From Scyliorhinus canicula (Eukaryota), in contig NC_052160.1 of NCBI RefSeq assembly GCF_902713615.1, forward strand, positions 107,238,708 through 107,302,707: 64,000 nt of DNA, in the 5' to 3' direction. This document shows positions 37,900 to 50,159 of this stretch, piece by piece. The notes below the pieces were generated by a model, which did no database searches, had not been told where the DNA came from, and saw only the letters and a program-made list of their open reading frames with translations. Positions within the stretch are counted from its first letter, which is position 1. Every line of letters starts with the position of its first letter. The position numbers were made by a program, and so were the translations under genes.

Positions 37900-38215
37900 T
37901 TAATAATAATAATAATCATAATAATTTATTGTCACTTGTAGGCTGACATGAATGCAATGAAGTTACTGTGAAAAGCCCCTAGTTGCCACATTCCGGCGCC
38001 TGTCCGGGTACACAGGGAGAATACAGAATGTCAAAATTGCCATACAGCACGTCTTTCGGGACTTGTGGGAGGAAACCGGAGCAGCCGGAGGAAACCCACA
38101 CAGACACGGGGAGAATGTGCAGACCCCGCATAGACAGTGACCAAAGCTGGGAGTCGTACCTGGGACCCTGGCGCTGAGAAGCAGCAGTGCTAACCACTGT
38201 GCTACCATGCCGGCC
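37900..38215 (-). mobile_element. V-SINE with L2-like tail and (ATT)n end
   Basis: Tail gttactgtgaaaagcccctagttgccacattccggcgcctgt is the reverse complement of the 13801-family tail. Confidence 0.88.
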
Positions 38216-38720
38216 ACTTAAATTAAAGGTTAATTCACAGATTTATTGTATCTGTGAAAGTGAGATTTACAAGTTATCTCTTTCCAGGTTATTCATGAAG
38301 GCCCCGTCTTCTCAACCTTGCCCCTCGCCCGAGGTGTGGTGATCCTCAGGATAGACTACCACCAGTCAGCTCTCTTCCTCAAAGGAGAAAACAGTCTATG
38401 GTCACCTGGGACTATGGTGATTTTACCTTTTTTTTATTTTTCCAGGTATAACAGCATCTGAAAGGAAAGTAAGCAGTCAATAATTTACTATTTTGTCCCA
38501 ATTTATCTTTGGCGTTCATTCCTAATAGTCAGACTAATAGTTATAATGATGCACCCAACTTGTCCCAGGGGACTGGTTAGCTCAGTTGGCTGGAGCATGG
38601 TGCTTGATAACACCGACGATGTGGGTTCAGTGCTCAAGCTGGCTGAGTTCGAGCTTGGGATCTGCTTCTTCTCCTTGCCCCATTTGTGGTATCATGGAAG
38701 AGAGATATGTGGACATCCGT

Positions 38721-39060
38721 GGGCAGCATGATAGCATAGTGGTTAACACAGTTGCTTCACAGCACCAGGGTCCCAGGTTCGATTCCTGGCTTGGGTCACT
38801 GTCTGTGCGGAGTCTGCACGTTCTCCCACATCTGCATGGGTTTCCTCCGGGTGCTCCGGTTTCCTCCCACAGTCCAAAGGTGTGCAGGTCAGATGGATTG
38901 GCCATTCTAAATTGCCCTTAGTGTCCAAAAATGTTAGGTTGGGTTATGGGGATAAAGGGGATAGGGTGGAGGAGTGGGGTACTCTTTCCAAGGTTGGAAG
39001 GTTGCAAGGTTGCAGACTCGATGGGCTGAATGGCCTCCTTCTGCACGATAAATTCTATGA
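38721..39060 (+). mobile_element. HE1/V-SINE, CR1-type tail
   Basis: Full head and V-domain; tail ends attctatg. Confidence 0.9.
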
Positions 39061-39495
39061 ATTAGTGACACACAGACAATGAAGACGCTACATTGAGAGA
39101 GAAAACCTGTCTCTGGGAAATTTGTAATCTGTGCTATTGTTTTTAATTTTAGCTTTGTTACATTTTTCAAATTACATCGTCTGTATTAATCTGATTAAAA
39201 TATTTTCGAACAGCTTTGCATGAAATGGGGCACATTCAAGGATCAGTAGCTTAGCGAAAGAACAGAAAATGTCTCTGGATTACAATTTCCTGCTGTGTGT
39301 TCCTGCTGGAAATTATTACGAAACTTCTCTTTCCAAGCACATCATAGTAAGAAGTGAGGTCTTGGCCCCTAAAGGTGCGGATTTCTCTGCAACTATGGAG
39401 CGGCCGGACGCCGCAGTGGTTCACGCCACTCCATCCCTCCGGGACCCCCCGCCCCACCGGGTAGGGGAGAATCCAGCCCCATATATGTAAACAAA

Positions 39496-40116
39496 GTCCG
39501 TTCATCCGTTGTCGCAGCGTCTGCATGGTCTCGCCAATGTACCATGCTTCGGGAGCAACGCTGCGACAACGGATGAATGGACATCGCGCGACAATCGCCA
39601 GGCAGGAATGTTCCCTTCCAGTCGGGGAACACTTCAGCAGTCTAGGGCATTCAGCCTCTGATCTCTGGGTAAGCGTTCTCCAAGTTGCCTTCAGGACGCG
39701 TGGCAAAGCAAAATCGCCGAGCAGAAGCTTATAGCCAAGTTCCGCACACATGAGTACGGCCTCAACCGGGACCTTGGATTCATGTCGCATTACATTCAGC
39801 CCCACCATCTGGCCTGGGCTTGCAAAATCCTACCAACTGTCCTGGTTTGAGACAATTCACACCTCTAAATTGGGGTTACCCCTATCTCTGGATCTGTAAA
39901 GACTCAATTACCTGCAAATGCTCGCATTCAAAGCATTGTCTTGCATCTTTGACTTCGTCTTTATATATGTTTCTGGAACATACCTCTTCATTCACCTGAG
40001 GAAGGAGCAGTGCTCCGAAAGCTAGTGTTTGAAACAAATCTTTTAAATCTTTAACCTGGTGTTGTAAGACTTTTTACTGTGCTCACCCCAGTCCAATGCC
40101 GGCATCTCCATATCAT
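39496..40116 (+). mobile_element. Penelope-like element 3' fragment (GIY-YIG C-terminus plus 3' UTR) with an inverted 5' segment
   Basis: Minus 39496-39555 encodes PEAWYIGETMQTLRQRMNG; plus strand continues TLRQRMNGHRATIARQECSLPVGEHF and, after a frameshift, EQKLIAKFRTHEYGLNRDLGFMSHY; 11-bp direct repeat aagcacatcat at 39335-39345 and 40117-40127. Confidence 0.88.
39991..40030 (+). ncRNA. Minimal type I hammerhead ribozyme motif in the Penelope 3' UTR
   Basis: cac-CTGAGGA-a-GGAGC-agt-GCTCC-GAAA-gc-ta-gtg: core boxes, 5-bp stem II, palindromic AGCT in place of stem III, short cac/gtg stem I. Confidence 0.75.
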
Positions 40117-43100
40117 AAGCACATCATGACATCTTCACGTTAGCTTAGTTTCGATTGTAGTGGAAGAAGCTGAAGAAATTCAAATTGCTATTGATTGAAC
40201 TCCAAACTGTTTCTGACACTGTCAGGAACAGGAATTTAAGAAAAACAATAGGCCATTTAGCTTTTCAAGCCTGTTATGTCATTCAATGAAATCTGTGGCC
40301 TACCTCCATATACCTTGGCCCCAGAATTAGCTAGCTGCTGACTGTTTTAGGATCTCGACTTGGCAACCTGTTTTTCAAAAGACTAATTCAAGGCACTTTA
40401 AAGTAAGTATAGTCTTACTATTTGCAGTCAATATGAAAAATACCAATTGCTCCATTTTAGAGGACTTCCTTTAAGGACAATTATCTGCTTCACAACAGTC
40501 CGTTTTCTCAATTACTAGCATTCATTCATGTGAATCCAAAATTCTTCAAAGATTACGTTTGGTAGAAAGTGCACCCATTAAGCTCAGGAATGAAAAATAC
40601 CCTCTTGAATAAGGTATAAGAGGGTGACTGGCACCTCTGAAATTGTAGCCCATCATGGGAAGGACTAAAGAACCGACTGGCAAAGAAATAGCAACTTTTA
40701 AACTATGTTTTCACTGAACATTTGTCTGCAGCAATTTGCATTAGGAGTTTGTTTGTCTTTTTGTCACTCAAGTGTATGTTTCAATGGTAAATAGAGTTAA
40801 GATAGGCAAAGAAAACAAACTACTGTACTGTGAAGAAAGCAATAAAAATGCAAAGAAACAAAAGGAAGTGGAAAAGATGAAAGAATGATTCGAAGAAAAT
40901 AGTTTTCAGATCCTGAAATCTAGAAGCTTTGAGCTCTTTGATCAAGAGGCCTTTAAAATGGGTAAAGAATAAAAGACTTTTTTAACCTGCTTTCTGTGCA
41001 TGAACAGATTCGATTACTGTACATTCGCTAATAGCACTGAGTGACTTTTCAGACTTCAGCCACAACTGATAAAGACGTATTCACTTCAGAAAAACAATTA
41101 CAGAAACATTTAAGTAGGAGAGCCAAAGATAGGTTCAGCAAACTTAAATCTCTTTCTCTATCCCAGAGGGAGTGTGCCCAGGATAAATTCAGCTTTCCCA
41201 TTTAACTCACTTCTGTTGTTCGCTAAGTAAACCTTCATTCATTTCCACAGCACTTAGTCATAAGGCAATCCTTTTGCTTCCTTTGATCAGCATATGTTTC
41301 CCAGAGGAGACAAAAAAACAGCTGTTTAATGAGTATATTTTATTTTTTTAATTCCTCCCAGGTCTCGAGAGAAAGTGTGTTCAACACAACACTTTAAATC
41401 ATTGTGTACCATTGTACTGTACATGTGTTCTTGCAGAATATTCCTGTCTGTCATGATTGTAACTTCAGAAATAAAACTTAATTTATTGCAGTATAAATCC
41501 AAGCTCTATAGACAATACTAGCAATCTAGCTACATTTTTAAAACCTTTTTCCAAACTAATGTGGCGCATCGTTGATGGTTTCATTGTGTCTGGCAATAAT
41601 CAAGATACATTCTTCACTTCTTTAAACATTTGTTGTTAATATAAAAACTAAAGAGTACTTCAGTTTGATTTATTGCTATTGACTTAGTACAATAAGTTAG
41701 CTCTCCAGAAATTTTTTTCAACAATTCTGTATTGACGCACCAAACATTTGTCATTTTAATCACCACTCCTAGTTCAGGCAATTTGACATAAGATAGCTTT
41801 TTAAGGACTTAAGGAACAGCATATATATTCAGCCGATATAGGAATCTTCAGTGCATTGTTTAACGTAATACGTTTTAATTAATTTCTAATCTTCTATTAT
41901 ATCCTGCTTTGTGTTTTGTGAGAGCCAAACTGTTAGATCCTTTGTTGAGAAATTTTGAATTGTTTTCTTTAATGAGTATTTGTGGCTCCATTGTCCAACG
42001 TGTTACTTTGTGGACAACAACAACTTGAATTTAAAAAGCATCTTTAACATAGTAAAACATTCCAACATACTTCACAGGAGGGTATAAAAGAACATTTGAC
42101 ACTGAGCCACAAAGGGACTATATGGATGGGTGATCAACAGCTTGATCAGAAAGAGATTTTTAATGACTGCCTTAAAGGGAGAAAGAAAGTTTGAGAATCA
42201 GAGAGATTTAAGAAGAGAATTTCAGAGACTAGGGCTTGAAGTTGATGGCATGGCCACCAATGGTGGAGCAATTAAAATTAGCGATAAGCAAGAGAATTGG
42301 AGGAACACTGATACCATTAAATGCTGTAAGGCTGGAAAGGTTCCAGAGATAGGGAGAAAGGGGTGGGGCTAGGGAGGGTTTTGAAAACAAGGATGAAAAT
42401 ATTTTAAGTTGTAAAGTCGAAATCTATAGAGTGGGAAGGTAAGGAAGACGACAGTTGTTTAATTATCCAACAAATTGTTTGCTATTTAACCACGTGAAGT
42501 TTGCTTAATAATTGTTCAACAAAGAAAGAATAGTCAAACATCTAGAAACAGATAGCAAAAGCACTGATTCTAACCACTGATTTTAGCAAACTTGATAGTT
42601 CTGGTATATTCAAGACGTTCAATATGTATGTAACTTAAACCCTACCAATGTGACTTTCAAACCAAACATGATAGTGTCGAAAAACTTGAATCAAATTACT
42701 GTGGTCTCCTTTTCCAGGGAGGAAATCAGCTCATTGGAGCTATTTTCTGTTGGAAGCATGTTCTGGGTTAAAGTCAATCACAGAATAATCGAATAATACA
42801 GCACTGAAGAGGCCTTTCGGCCATCGATTCTGCGTCAATGCATGAAAAACACTTAATCCCATTTGGCAGCACTTGGTCCATAGCCTTGAATGTTATGACA
42901 TGCCAAGTACTCATCCAGGTACTTTTTAAAGGATGTGAGGCAACCTGCTTCTACCACCCTCCCAGGCAGTGCATTCCAAACCATCACCATCCTCTGGGTA
43001 AAAAAGCCTTTCCTCAAATTCCCCCCGACCTCCTGGTAACTGACCCTTCACCGAAGGGAATGTTGTGGATTACCAAGTAAACCATTAGGAATACTGAAGG

Positions 43101-43189
43101 TGATTTAACATTTAACAACAACATCTTGCACTCACGTTATCATAGGAAAAAAGTTAATGCTGAGGCAAAGAAGAAATTACTGAGGTCAA

Positions 43190-43350
43190 AATCCTTGAAC
43201 TCCCTCCCTAACAGCACTGTGGGTATACCTACACCACATAGATTCCAAAATTTCAAGAAGGCAGCTCACCATCACCTTCTCAAGCGCAATTAGAAATGGG
43301 TAATACAGATTGGTCCAGCCAGTGAAGCCCAAATCCCTTGTGTGAATAAA
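43190..43350 (+). mobile_element. 3' end of the LINE family seen at 50160-52560
   Basis: aagaaggcagctcaccatcaccttctcaagcgcaattagaaatggg. Confidence 0.7.
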
Positions 43351-43659
43351 AAGAAGGAGGATCTTGAACGAGGAGAGGGAGCTGGAAAGGTAAAGGAGTT
43401 TAGAACATAAGAAATAGTAGTAAGCCATGTGGCCCATCGACTGGGTTCCATTATTAAATAAGAACATCACTGAACATTTACATCAGCTCCAATATTCTGC
43501 CCCTTCTTCATATTCCCTTAGTTCCCAATGATTCTCTTGATACTTCACAGAATCACAGGATTGTTACAGCACAGAGAAGGTCATCGTATCTGCACTGGAT
43601 CTCCGAAAGAGCATTACACCTTGTGCCATTCTCCTGACCTCTGTATATTGTTTCTTTTC

Positions 43660-43880
43660 TTACAACACCAGTTTAAAGTCCAACAGGTTTGTTTCAAATC
43701 ACTAGCTTTCAGAGCACTGCTCCTTCCTCAAGTGAATGAACCTCACCTCACCTCCCTCACTTGAGGAAAAAGCAGTGCTCCGAAAGCTAGTGATTTGAAA
43801 CACACCTGTTGGACTTTAACCTGATGTTGTAAGACTTCTTACTGTGCTCACCCCAGTCCAACGCCGGCATCTCAACATCA
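43660..43880 (+). mobile_element. Penelope-derived palindromic mini-insertion with two divergent hammerhead-like motifs
   Basis: 78-bp inverted arms 43658-43735 and 43757-43834; same 3' end as 40060-40116; 11-bp TSD tgtttcttttc (43649-43659, 43881-43891). Confidence 0.88.
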
Positions 43881-43978
43881 TGTTTCTTTTCAAATAATAA
43901 TCTAATTCCCTTGTGAATGCCTCGATTGAACCTGCTTCCACCACTCTCTCAGGCAGCACATTCAAGGCCCTTACCATT

Positions 43979-44456
43979 TGTCTTGTTATGCCTTTGGCGT
44001 AACATAAGCTGCTTCCTTGATGTTCACTCTGACAAAGGAAGGTTCAGACGTGGAGATAACTTCAACACGTTTATTAAACTATTTACAATTCTCCTACTCG
44101 GATTCGCCACTACTGTTAATCCTTCGATAGCTACTCAGACTGACTAACCAGTCTGCTACAATCCACGTGGTGGGTGTGATGTTGAATCAACCCTGTGTCT
44201 GTACTCACTGAGTGTGTCCACTGGAAAGAGGAAGATAATGTATACTGTGTCCTTTATATATGGTTTGGTGTAATGCCCCCCCTGTGGTAGTGTCACCTCT
44301 GTGTGTATCTTGAATGCCCATTGGTCGTGTCCTATCTTACTGACCTATTGGTTGAGTGTCTGTGTGTCATGTCTCTGGTGCTCCCTCTAGTGTCTAGCTA
44401 GTCTACGTGTACTTATATTAGCCCCTTCTGTATCTACAGTAATGCATATCACCACA
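43979..44456 (-). mobile_element. Solo LTR (478 bp), same family as 19470-19946, inserted in a CR1 fragment
   Basis: TG...CA termini; 5-bp TSD ccatt (43974-43978, 44457-44461). Confidence 0.92.
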
Positions 44457-44745
44457 CCATTCACTGTGCAAAAAATATGTTTTCGTATCATTTTTGCTTC
44501 TTGTTCGTATTACCTTTGGTTCTTAATTCTTCCACCAATGGGAAAGGGTTCTCCTTATCTACCCCATCTAGGGTTCCTCATGATTTTAAATTTGATTTTC
44601 AATCAAATCATCACTCAGCCTTTGTTTCTCCATGGATAAGAGTCCCAACTCCGAGTCATAGATTTTTACAGCACAGAAAGAGGCTCATCGGCACAGCGTG
44701 TCTGTGCCGGTCATCAGGCACCTATCTATTCGAATCCCACTTTCT

Positions 44746-44923
44746 TTTAAAAATATTTTTCCAATTAAGGGGCAATTTAGCGTGCCCAATCCACCTACCC
44801 TGCACATCTTTGGGTTGTGGGGGTGAGACCCATGCAGTCACAGGGAGAATGTGCAAACTCCACACGGACAGTGACCCGAGGCCGGGATCGAACCCGGATC
44901 CTCAGTGCCATGAGGCAGCAGTG
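44746..44923 (-). mobile_element. V-SINE, A/T-rich-tailed subfamily, 5'-truncated
   Basis: 17-bp TSD with 2 mismatches: ttcgaatcccactttct (44729-44745) and ttctaatcccattttct (44924-44940). Confidence 0.88.
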
Positions 44924-45048
44924 TTCTAATCCCATTTTCTAGCACTTGGGCTGTAGCGGAGATTCACACTGTACAAAATGGGGCTAGGTGCTGCCTCAGC
45001 CGCTTGTTCCCGTGAAGGCACCTGCAGATGCACCCCCAACTCACTGCT

Positions 45049-45232
45049 ATAGAATAGAATCCATGAAATTCCTACAGTGCAGAAGGAAGCCATTCGGCCC
45101 ATCATGTCTGCACCAACCCTCTGAAAGATGACCTTATCCCAGGCCCACTCCCGCACCCCAACCCTGCAACCCCACCTAACCTGCACATCTTTGGACACTA
45201 AGGGACAATTTATCATGGCCAATCCACCTAAC
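45049..45232 (-). mobile_element. HE1 SINE 3' half
   Basis: CR1-type tail and ggacactaagggacaatttatcatggccaatccacc. Confidence 0.85.
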
Positions 45233-47299
45233 TGAGCTGTTCCAGGGTCTAGGGCTGCTGGCGACCTCCATCCTGAACTCTGGAAGCAGCCCCAGGCAAT
45301 GTTCAAAGGAGTCCCAACATCTGCTCGCCATATTGAGCGAATGTGTTTCATGCCAGCCGTGTTTTCATGCTGGCAGCGTGGAGAATCTGGCTTGGGGTCA
45401 TCGGGCCTTCATCTGCAACCCATTAACGGGGTTCATGTCAACCTCTGATGGGTATCCTGACACAGCGTGGCGGGCTCCAGTAGAATATCCTACTGTAAGC
45501 TCATGGGGGAGACAGGGTGGGTGAGTTGTAGATATGTATCTCACATCACATCAGCTCCAATGGTGTTGATGATAGAAAGACTGGGAGATAAATGCAAAGG
45601 ACAGAGTGTTCCCAACCCACAAATGAGGCTGAAGTTAATGTAATGGGTTTCAATGCAATCACCTACAATAAGACGTGGTCAGCAAGTGCCTTGTTCATGA
45701 TCAAATAAGCATTCTCGAGGGAAATACGGAGATGAGCAGGAATTCTTGATTCTGACAGAGTCCGGAGAGACTCTGATAGGGTTAGCTGGGGTGGAAGGAA
45801 GTTTGCATTGTTAGCCCCAGCTAGTATGAGAGGAAGAACAACTGGAGTATTGAACCATTAGGTTGCTGTTCATAAGGAAGCAGTGACAGGTGCCTCAATG
45901 GGTCATATGTAGAATGCTTAGTCAGACGGAGAGGGTTAGCTACAGACTTATACAAGCTTGGGATGGTAGCAGGAGAGTAGGAATGCAGAGGAGGAGTGAT
46001 AGGTTAGAATCGGTGGGGGTTTGGAGCTAAGTACCCAAGAGGAGAGGAATCAAACGTTGCGTAACAATGTGACCAGAAGGTCAGGAGATAGGAGGTAAGG
46101 GTCAAAGAGGGGTTAAGAGAGAGGAAAAAAGTTTGTTTAAGTAATGGGCTCACATCCAGAATAAAGGCCAAACTGCGAATAGACTTTGAAGGAACTCGAC
46201 TTATTTGGGCATGGCATCACGAGAGAAATGTCCTAGTCGCAAACAGAGAACAGGAAGGACGATCAGAAAGATTACAAAATGAAGGCCTGAGGTCCTGTGG
46301 TGAAATGAAGTTGACTTGTAGATATTCATAATGTTAAGATCCAGTTCTGCTCATGATAGATTAATTCTATAAAACAACATCAAATGATCGCTTGAAGGTA
46401 ATGTTCAAAGCACTCTTTCCATGGCATACAGGCACCAGGTTTATGTGTAGTTTCAATTTATTTCCTGTTTAGTTCATGTTGACAAAACTCGTGTTTAAAT
46501 AATAAAAGTAATGTATATCCTATGTTGGGCATTGAGCTTCTTTCTGCTTCTTTGATATGCAGTAACTCTATAATTATTTGTCGAGTTCAAAGGAAATGAT
46601 GCCTTAATATGTTCTAACCTTTAAAAGCAGCTAATTCGTTGTAATTACGTAATCTCTGCAAAATCTGAGATGGCTGAACGAAGATTAGCCCTAAGGGAAA
46701 TAAACATATCCCAGTAATTTCCATGGGTGTTCTCGCAATCTCTCAACGCAACTTCAGCAGAAGATAGGCAGAATCCCCAGAGAGGGCAATGGAATGAAAA
46801 TCAGACCGTTTCTATAATGGGCGCGCGATCCCCTGGGCCAGATAACCACCCATGCAGTGAATCTGCAAGATATACCCTCTTGCATTAAAATGTCTTGTTA
46901 TTGTCTAGTTTTATTTATAAGTATCTCCCCTCTTGAACACAGTGCAGGATATTGCTCAATCAACGCTGATTGTCCTCATTTTAAGTAGCTATATTTTGTG
47001 GATGAGCTTATGCAGAGCTTATTGCCAGACCTTTTGACTTTGAGGACAATTATTGCTGAGCCCAGTCTTGTTGTCTATTATTTCTAATAACCAGGAGCAG
47101 GAACCTGACTCAACTTTGTTCCTCTCTCTGCCTAATCTGGAGGCCAAGTTTAGTATTTCTCTGCCACTGCCTTGGCTGAGGTCAGCTAACATGGTCCATT
47201 TTGAAGCCCACCTTATTTTCCATGTGGAGTGACAATGGTAAGCCATTCTCAAGGCTTCACTGAGGAGTTTTTATTTTGACTCCAAGTCCTTCGGAAGCT

Positions 47300-47545
47300 G
47301 CTCCAGGATTGCTGCTCCTGGTGTAACCAAATAAAAACTTGTGCGGCCTCCTGTGAAAGCAAGCGCATATCAGAGACGGAGAGAAAGTCCAAGACCAACA
47401 ACTCGTCCAAAATCCAATCATCTGCGGAGACCTGTCCTATTTGCAACAGAAACATCCAGGCGCAGATTGTTCGTAGCAGTCACCTGCACACCCATTGGAA
47501 GCTTACCGACTACCTCAGATGATGGACATGGTCATCCTTGCCTCA
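47300..47545 (+). mobile_element. Possible RTE LINE 3' end
   Basis: Degenerate C-terminal Cys-containing text (tttgcaacagaaacatccaggcgcagattg) followed by an RTE-like UTR. Confidence 0.35.
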
Positions 47546-48457
47546 AAGGGAAAACAAGAAAAAGAGGGGAAACCACTCCTCTGGACCGTATAAAATAGCT
47601 CAGATTTTGCAGATGTAACAAGAGCAAAACTGTCAGCGCTTGTCCACAGCCTTGTGAAACTGCCAGCAACTTTTAGGGCCGAATTTTAAAAGTATGTTGA
47701 GGCTGGGATCTAAGGCACAATTCCACACTGGTTCGGTGTCACGAATCTGACACCAAGGCATTTTTGGAGAGGCTGGGTCAGGGTTGGAATTGCAACCCTC
47801 CCACAAGCAGACAATTGAAGCCAATTATGTAGTCTTGTTCCCACATATTTCCGGGTAAGCCACCACAGCCAGGCACATTGTGGGCTTGCATCAGGAAAGG
47901 GAGGGGGGGGTGGGGAAGGGATTTGGGCGCACTACATTCTGCAAGGACCTCCCACCCTCATCAGTAACAGTCACTTCATAGTATAAGCTCATCCACAAAA
48001 TCAGCTGTGGGTTTCTAAATATTAAAAACGCTGAGCTCTGCTTCCAAGGGTGTCTGCATTTTGCGGCATCCTGTTTCTCTCTCGATCGCTCCTCGGCCGG
48101 TGGAGTTGCTGGTCTGATAGTGCAGCAGGGCCTCCCTTTGGCCCTCTGGCCTTGGGAGCTGGGAGCCTTCCTGAATTGGGCAACAAGCCTACTCCCTGCC
48201 ATTAATTGGTCTGGCTCTTTTAAAAATTCATGCCACAGAGTTACCAGGGCTTCGTGAGCAGCTTTCTTCAAGATCATCAACAAATGCCATTGACCACCAA
48301 ATTTGACCAACGTTTTACTCTTCTGTCCCATAACCTTCAAACTGAATCAAACTGTGCTTACTGAAGCCCTCATTGCACAATATTAATTTGAATTCCAAAG
48401 AAATTAGATCAAAAGATTTTTGAAGCACTGTTGGTAGCCATCCAAAGCAGATATCAC

Positions 48458-49403
48458 GGGTGTGATCAAATTGCCTCATCACGCCCAATTTGGTGATGCG
48501 ACAAGGCCGTTAAATCTCAAGAGATGCCTATCGCATGATTTGCAACACTCTAAGCACCTTGCGAGATGTCGCGATCTGGATCTCGCCCTCACTGGGTGAT
48601 CCAGATTTACATATTTGTAGCTGACTTAAATATGTCGCAGCTGGATTCTCTCAAGGCCCGAGAACGAACGGCCGCATCTGGGAGACCTCGCCATGGTGTC
48701 ATTTAGCACTGGTCCACACAAACTTGGATCAGGCGTCACGGCACCAGAGGGGGTCTCCCAGGCCATCAGCGGTCACCAGGTGGTCGGGCTGTGGGTAGGA
48801 TGGTACCCTGGCACTCCTTCTGCCACCTGTGCACCTTGGCACTGCTAGCCTGGCACCCTGTAGTGCCAGGCTGCCCTTGCCAGGCTGGCAGGGATGGTAC
48901 CAGGCTGACAGTGCCTAGGTGCCTGGGTGCCAGGTTTCCCATGCCAGGAATTGGGCCCGGGGGTGCCTTGCCCCTATAGGGTAGGGCGAGGGAGGGCTCA
49001 AGGATCCCCTAATAGTTAAATTGCCTGGCTGTGGTGGCTTACCCAAAAACACGTGGGAACAAGGTTGAATAATTGGCAGCAATTGTCATGTTTGTGGGAG
49101 GGTTGCCATTCCAACCCTGACCCTGCCTCTCCAAAAATGCCGTGGGTCAAATTGAGACATTGGGGGAGTTCGGAGGCCACAGTGGGGTGACAAGAGATCG
49201 GGACTGCAATTAAAAATGGCGTCCCGTTCTTTTCTAGCGCTGTGAGTTTGCTCATTATTGCTGGAAATTAAAGTCAGTGCCAAGGCCAAAAATAAAACAG
49301 ATTCCAATTAATATTGGGATCATTCTCGGTGCTGCAGGTGCTGAGAAATACCCCGCTGAACACATCCAACACTTGACTCTATTTTTCCTGTTTATTTGCA
49401 CCC
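48458..49403. mobile_element. Harbinger-like MITE family C, older copy
   Basis: Termini gggtgtgatcaaa / tttatttgcaccc; interior homologous to 24285-25049; TSD not preserved. Confidence 0.7.
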
Positions 49404-49873
49404 GTTATTACGTATGTATGAGCGATCGACCTAACAACTGTTTTAGGACATGCTAAACTAGGCAGTTCAGACTGAACATGTTCTCCTGAGGATTCTTCAG
49501 CAGCTGCTTTAGCCTAAACTGTGGCCACCAGCAAAGGGTTAGTTAAAAAAATATACAACTTTTAAAATAATACTCCTCCTGTGAAACCAGGAGGAATAGA
49601 AGTGTTTTCCTCCTGGGACTTAAATTCAGGCCAGTGCTGGGAAGACAAGAAGCTTGAAATTCATCTTTTCAACGTGGGCAAGCTGCCAGGTAAAAATATG
49701 CCAACAAAGTATTGAGGTGCAAGACCCAATTTTGGACAAGTCTCTGGCCTCCCAGTTCCGCCAATTTTAGTTCAATATTTCAGTTGAAAAAGTAGTTTGC
49801 ATGAAATATCATGTAAGAAACATTTGTCCTGTTTTGTACATCAAAATAATTAATTTGTCTCTCTTTTCAATAG

Positions 49874-49945
49874 AATGCTCCAAAATAACCAATTGAAGAA
49901 GCTCCCAAGTGAAGCATTATGGGATCTTCCAAACCTCCAATCACT
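49874..49945 (+). CDS. LGR6: LGR6-like internal coding exon (ortholog of exon 4), one LRR unit: (L)MLQNNQLKKLPSEALWDLPNLQS(L)
   Basis: tctcttttcaaTAG acceptor (49871-49873), GTAAGT donor at 49946, 72 nt, phase 2-2, in frame with the 30594 exon. EALWDLPNLQSL resembles LGR6 EALWELPSLQSL rather than LGR5 EALQNLRSLQSL. Missed by the ORF track. Confidence 0.9.
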
Positions 49946-50159
49946 GTAAGTTATCAAGAATTGCCACTCACAGTTGCATGGTTAGAATTGCTTGACGTCA
50001 TTATCTGTATTTTGTAACCATTGTTTTTGGGGTGTCACTGTGCCTATCAAATCTCATCACGTTAGCAATGACTCATTGATTTTGGTTCAAAACCATGACC
50101 TAATTTGGTGGATGTCATCGTTAAACAATAATTCACTTTCATGTGCTTTTAAAAAATGT

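Noticed and set aside
29206-39060. Inverted HE1 pairs around exon 3 as circRNA drivers
   Set aside because: Inverted SINE pairs are expected at this density and a 72-nt exon is short for circularisation; no specific evidence.
19470-44456. Two LTRs as ends of one 25-kb provirus
   Set aside because: Each has its own distinct TSD (cacgt, ccatt) and the interval holds a host exon, with no internal retroelement genes.
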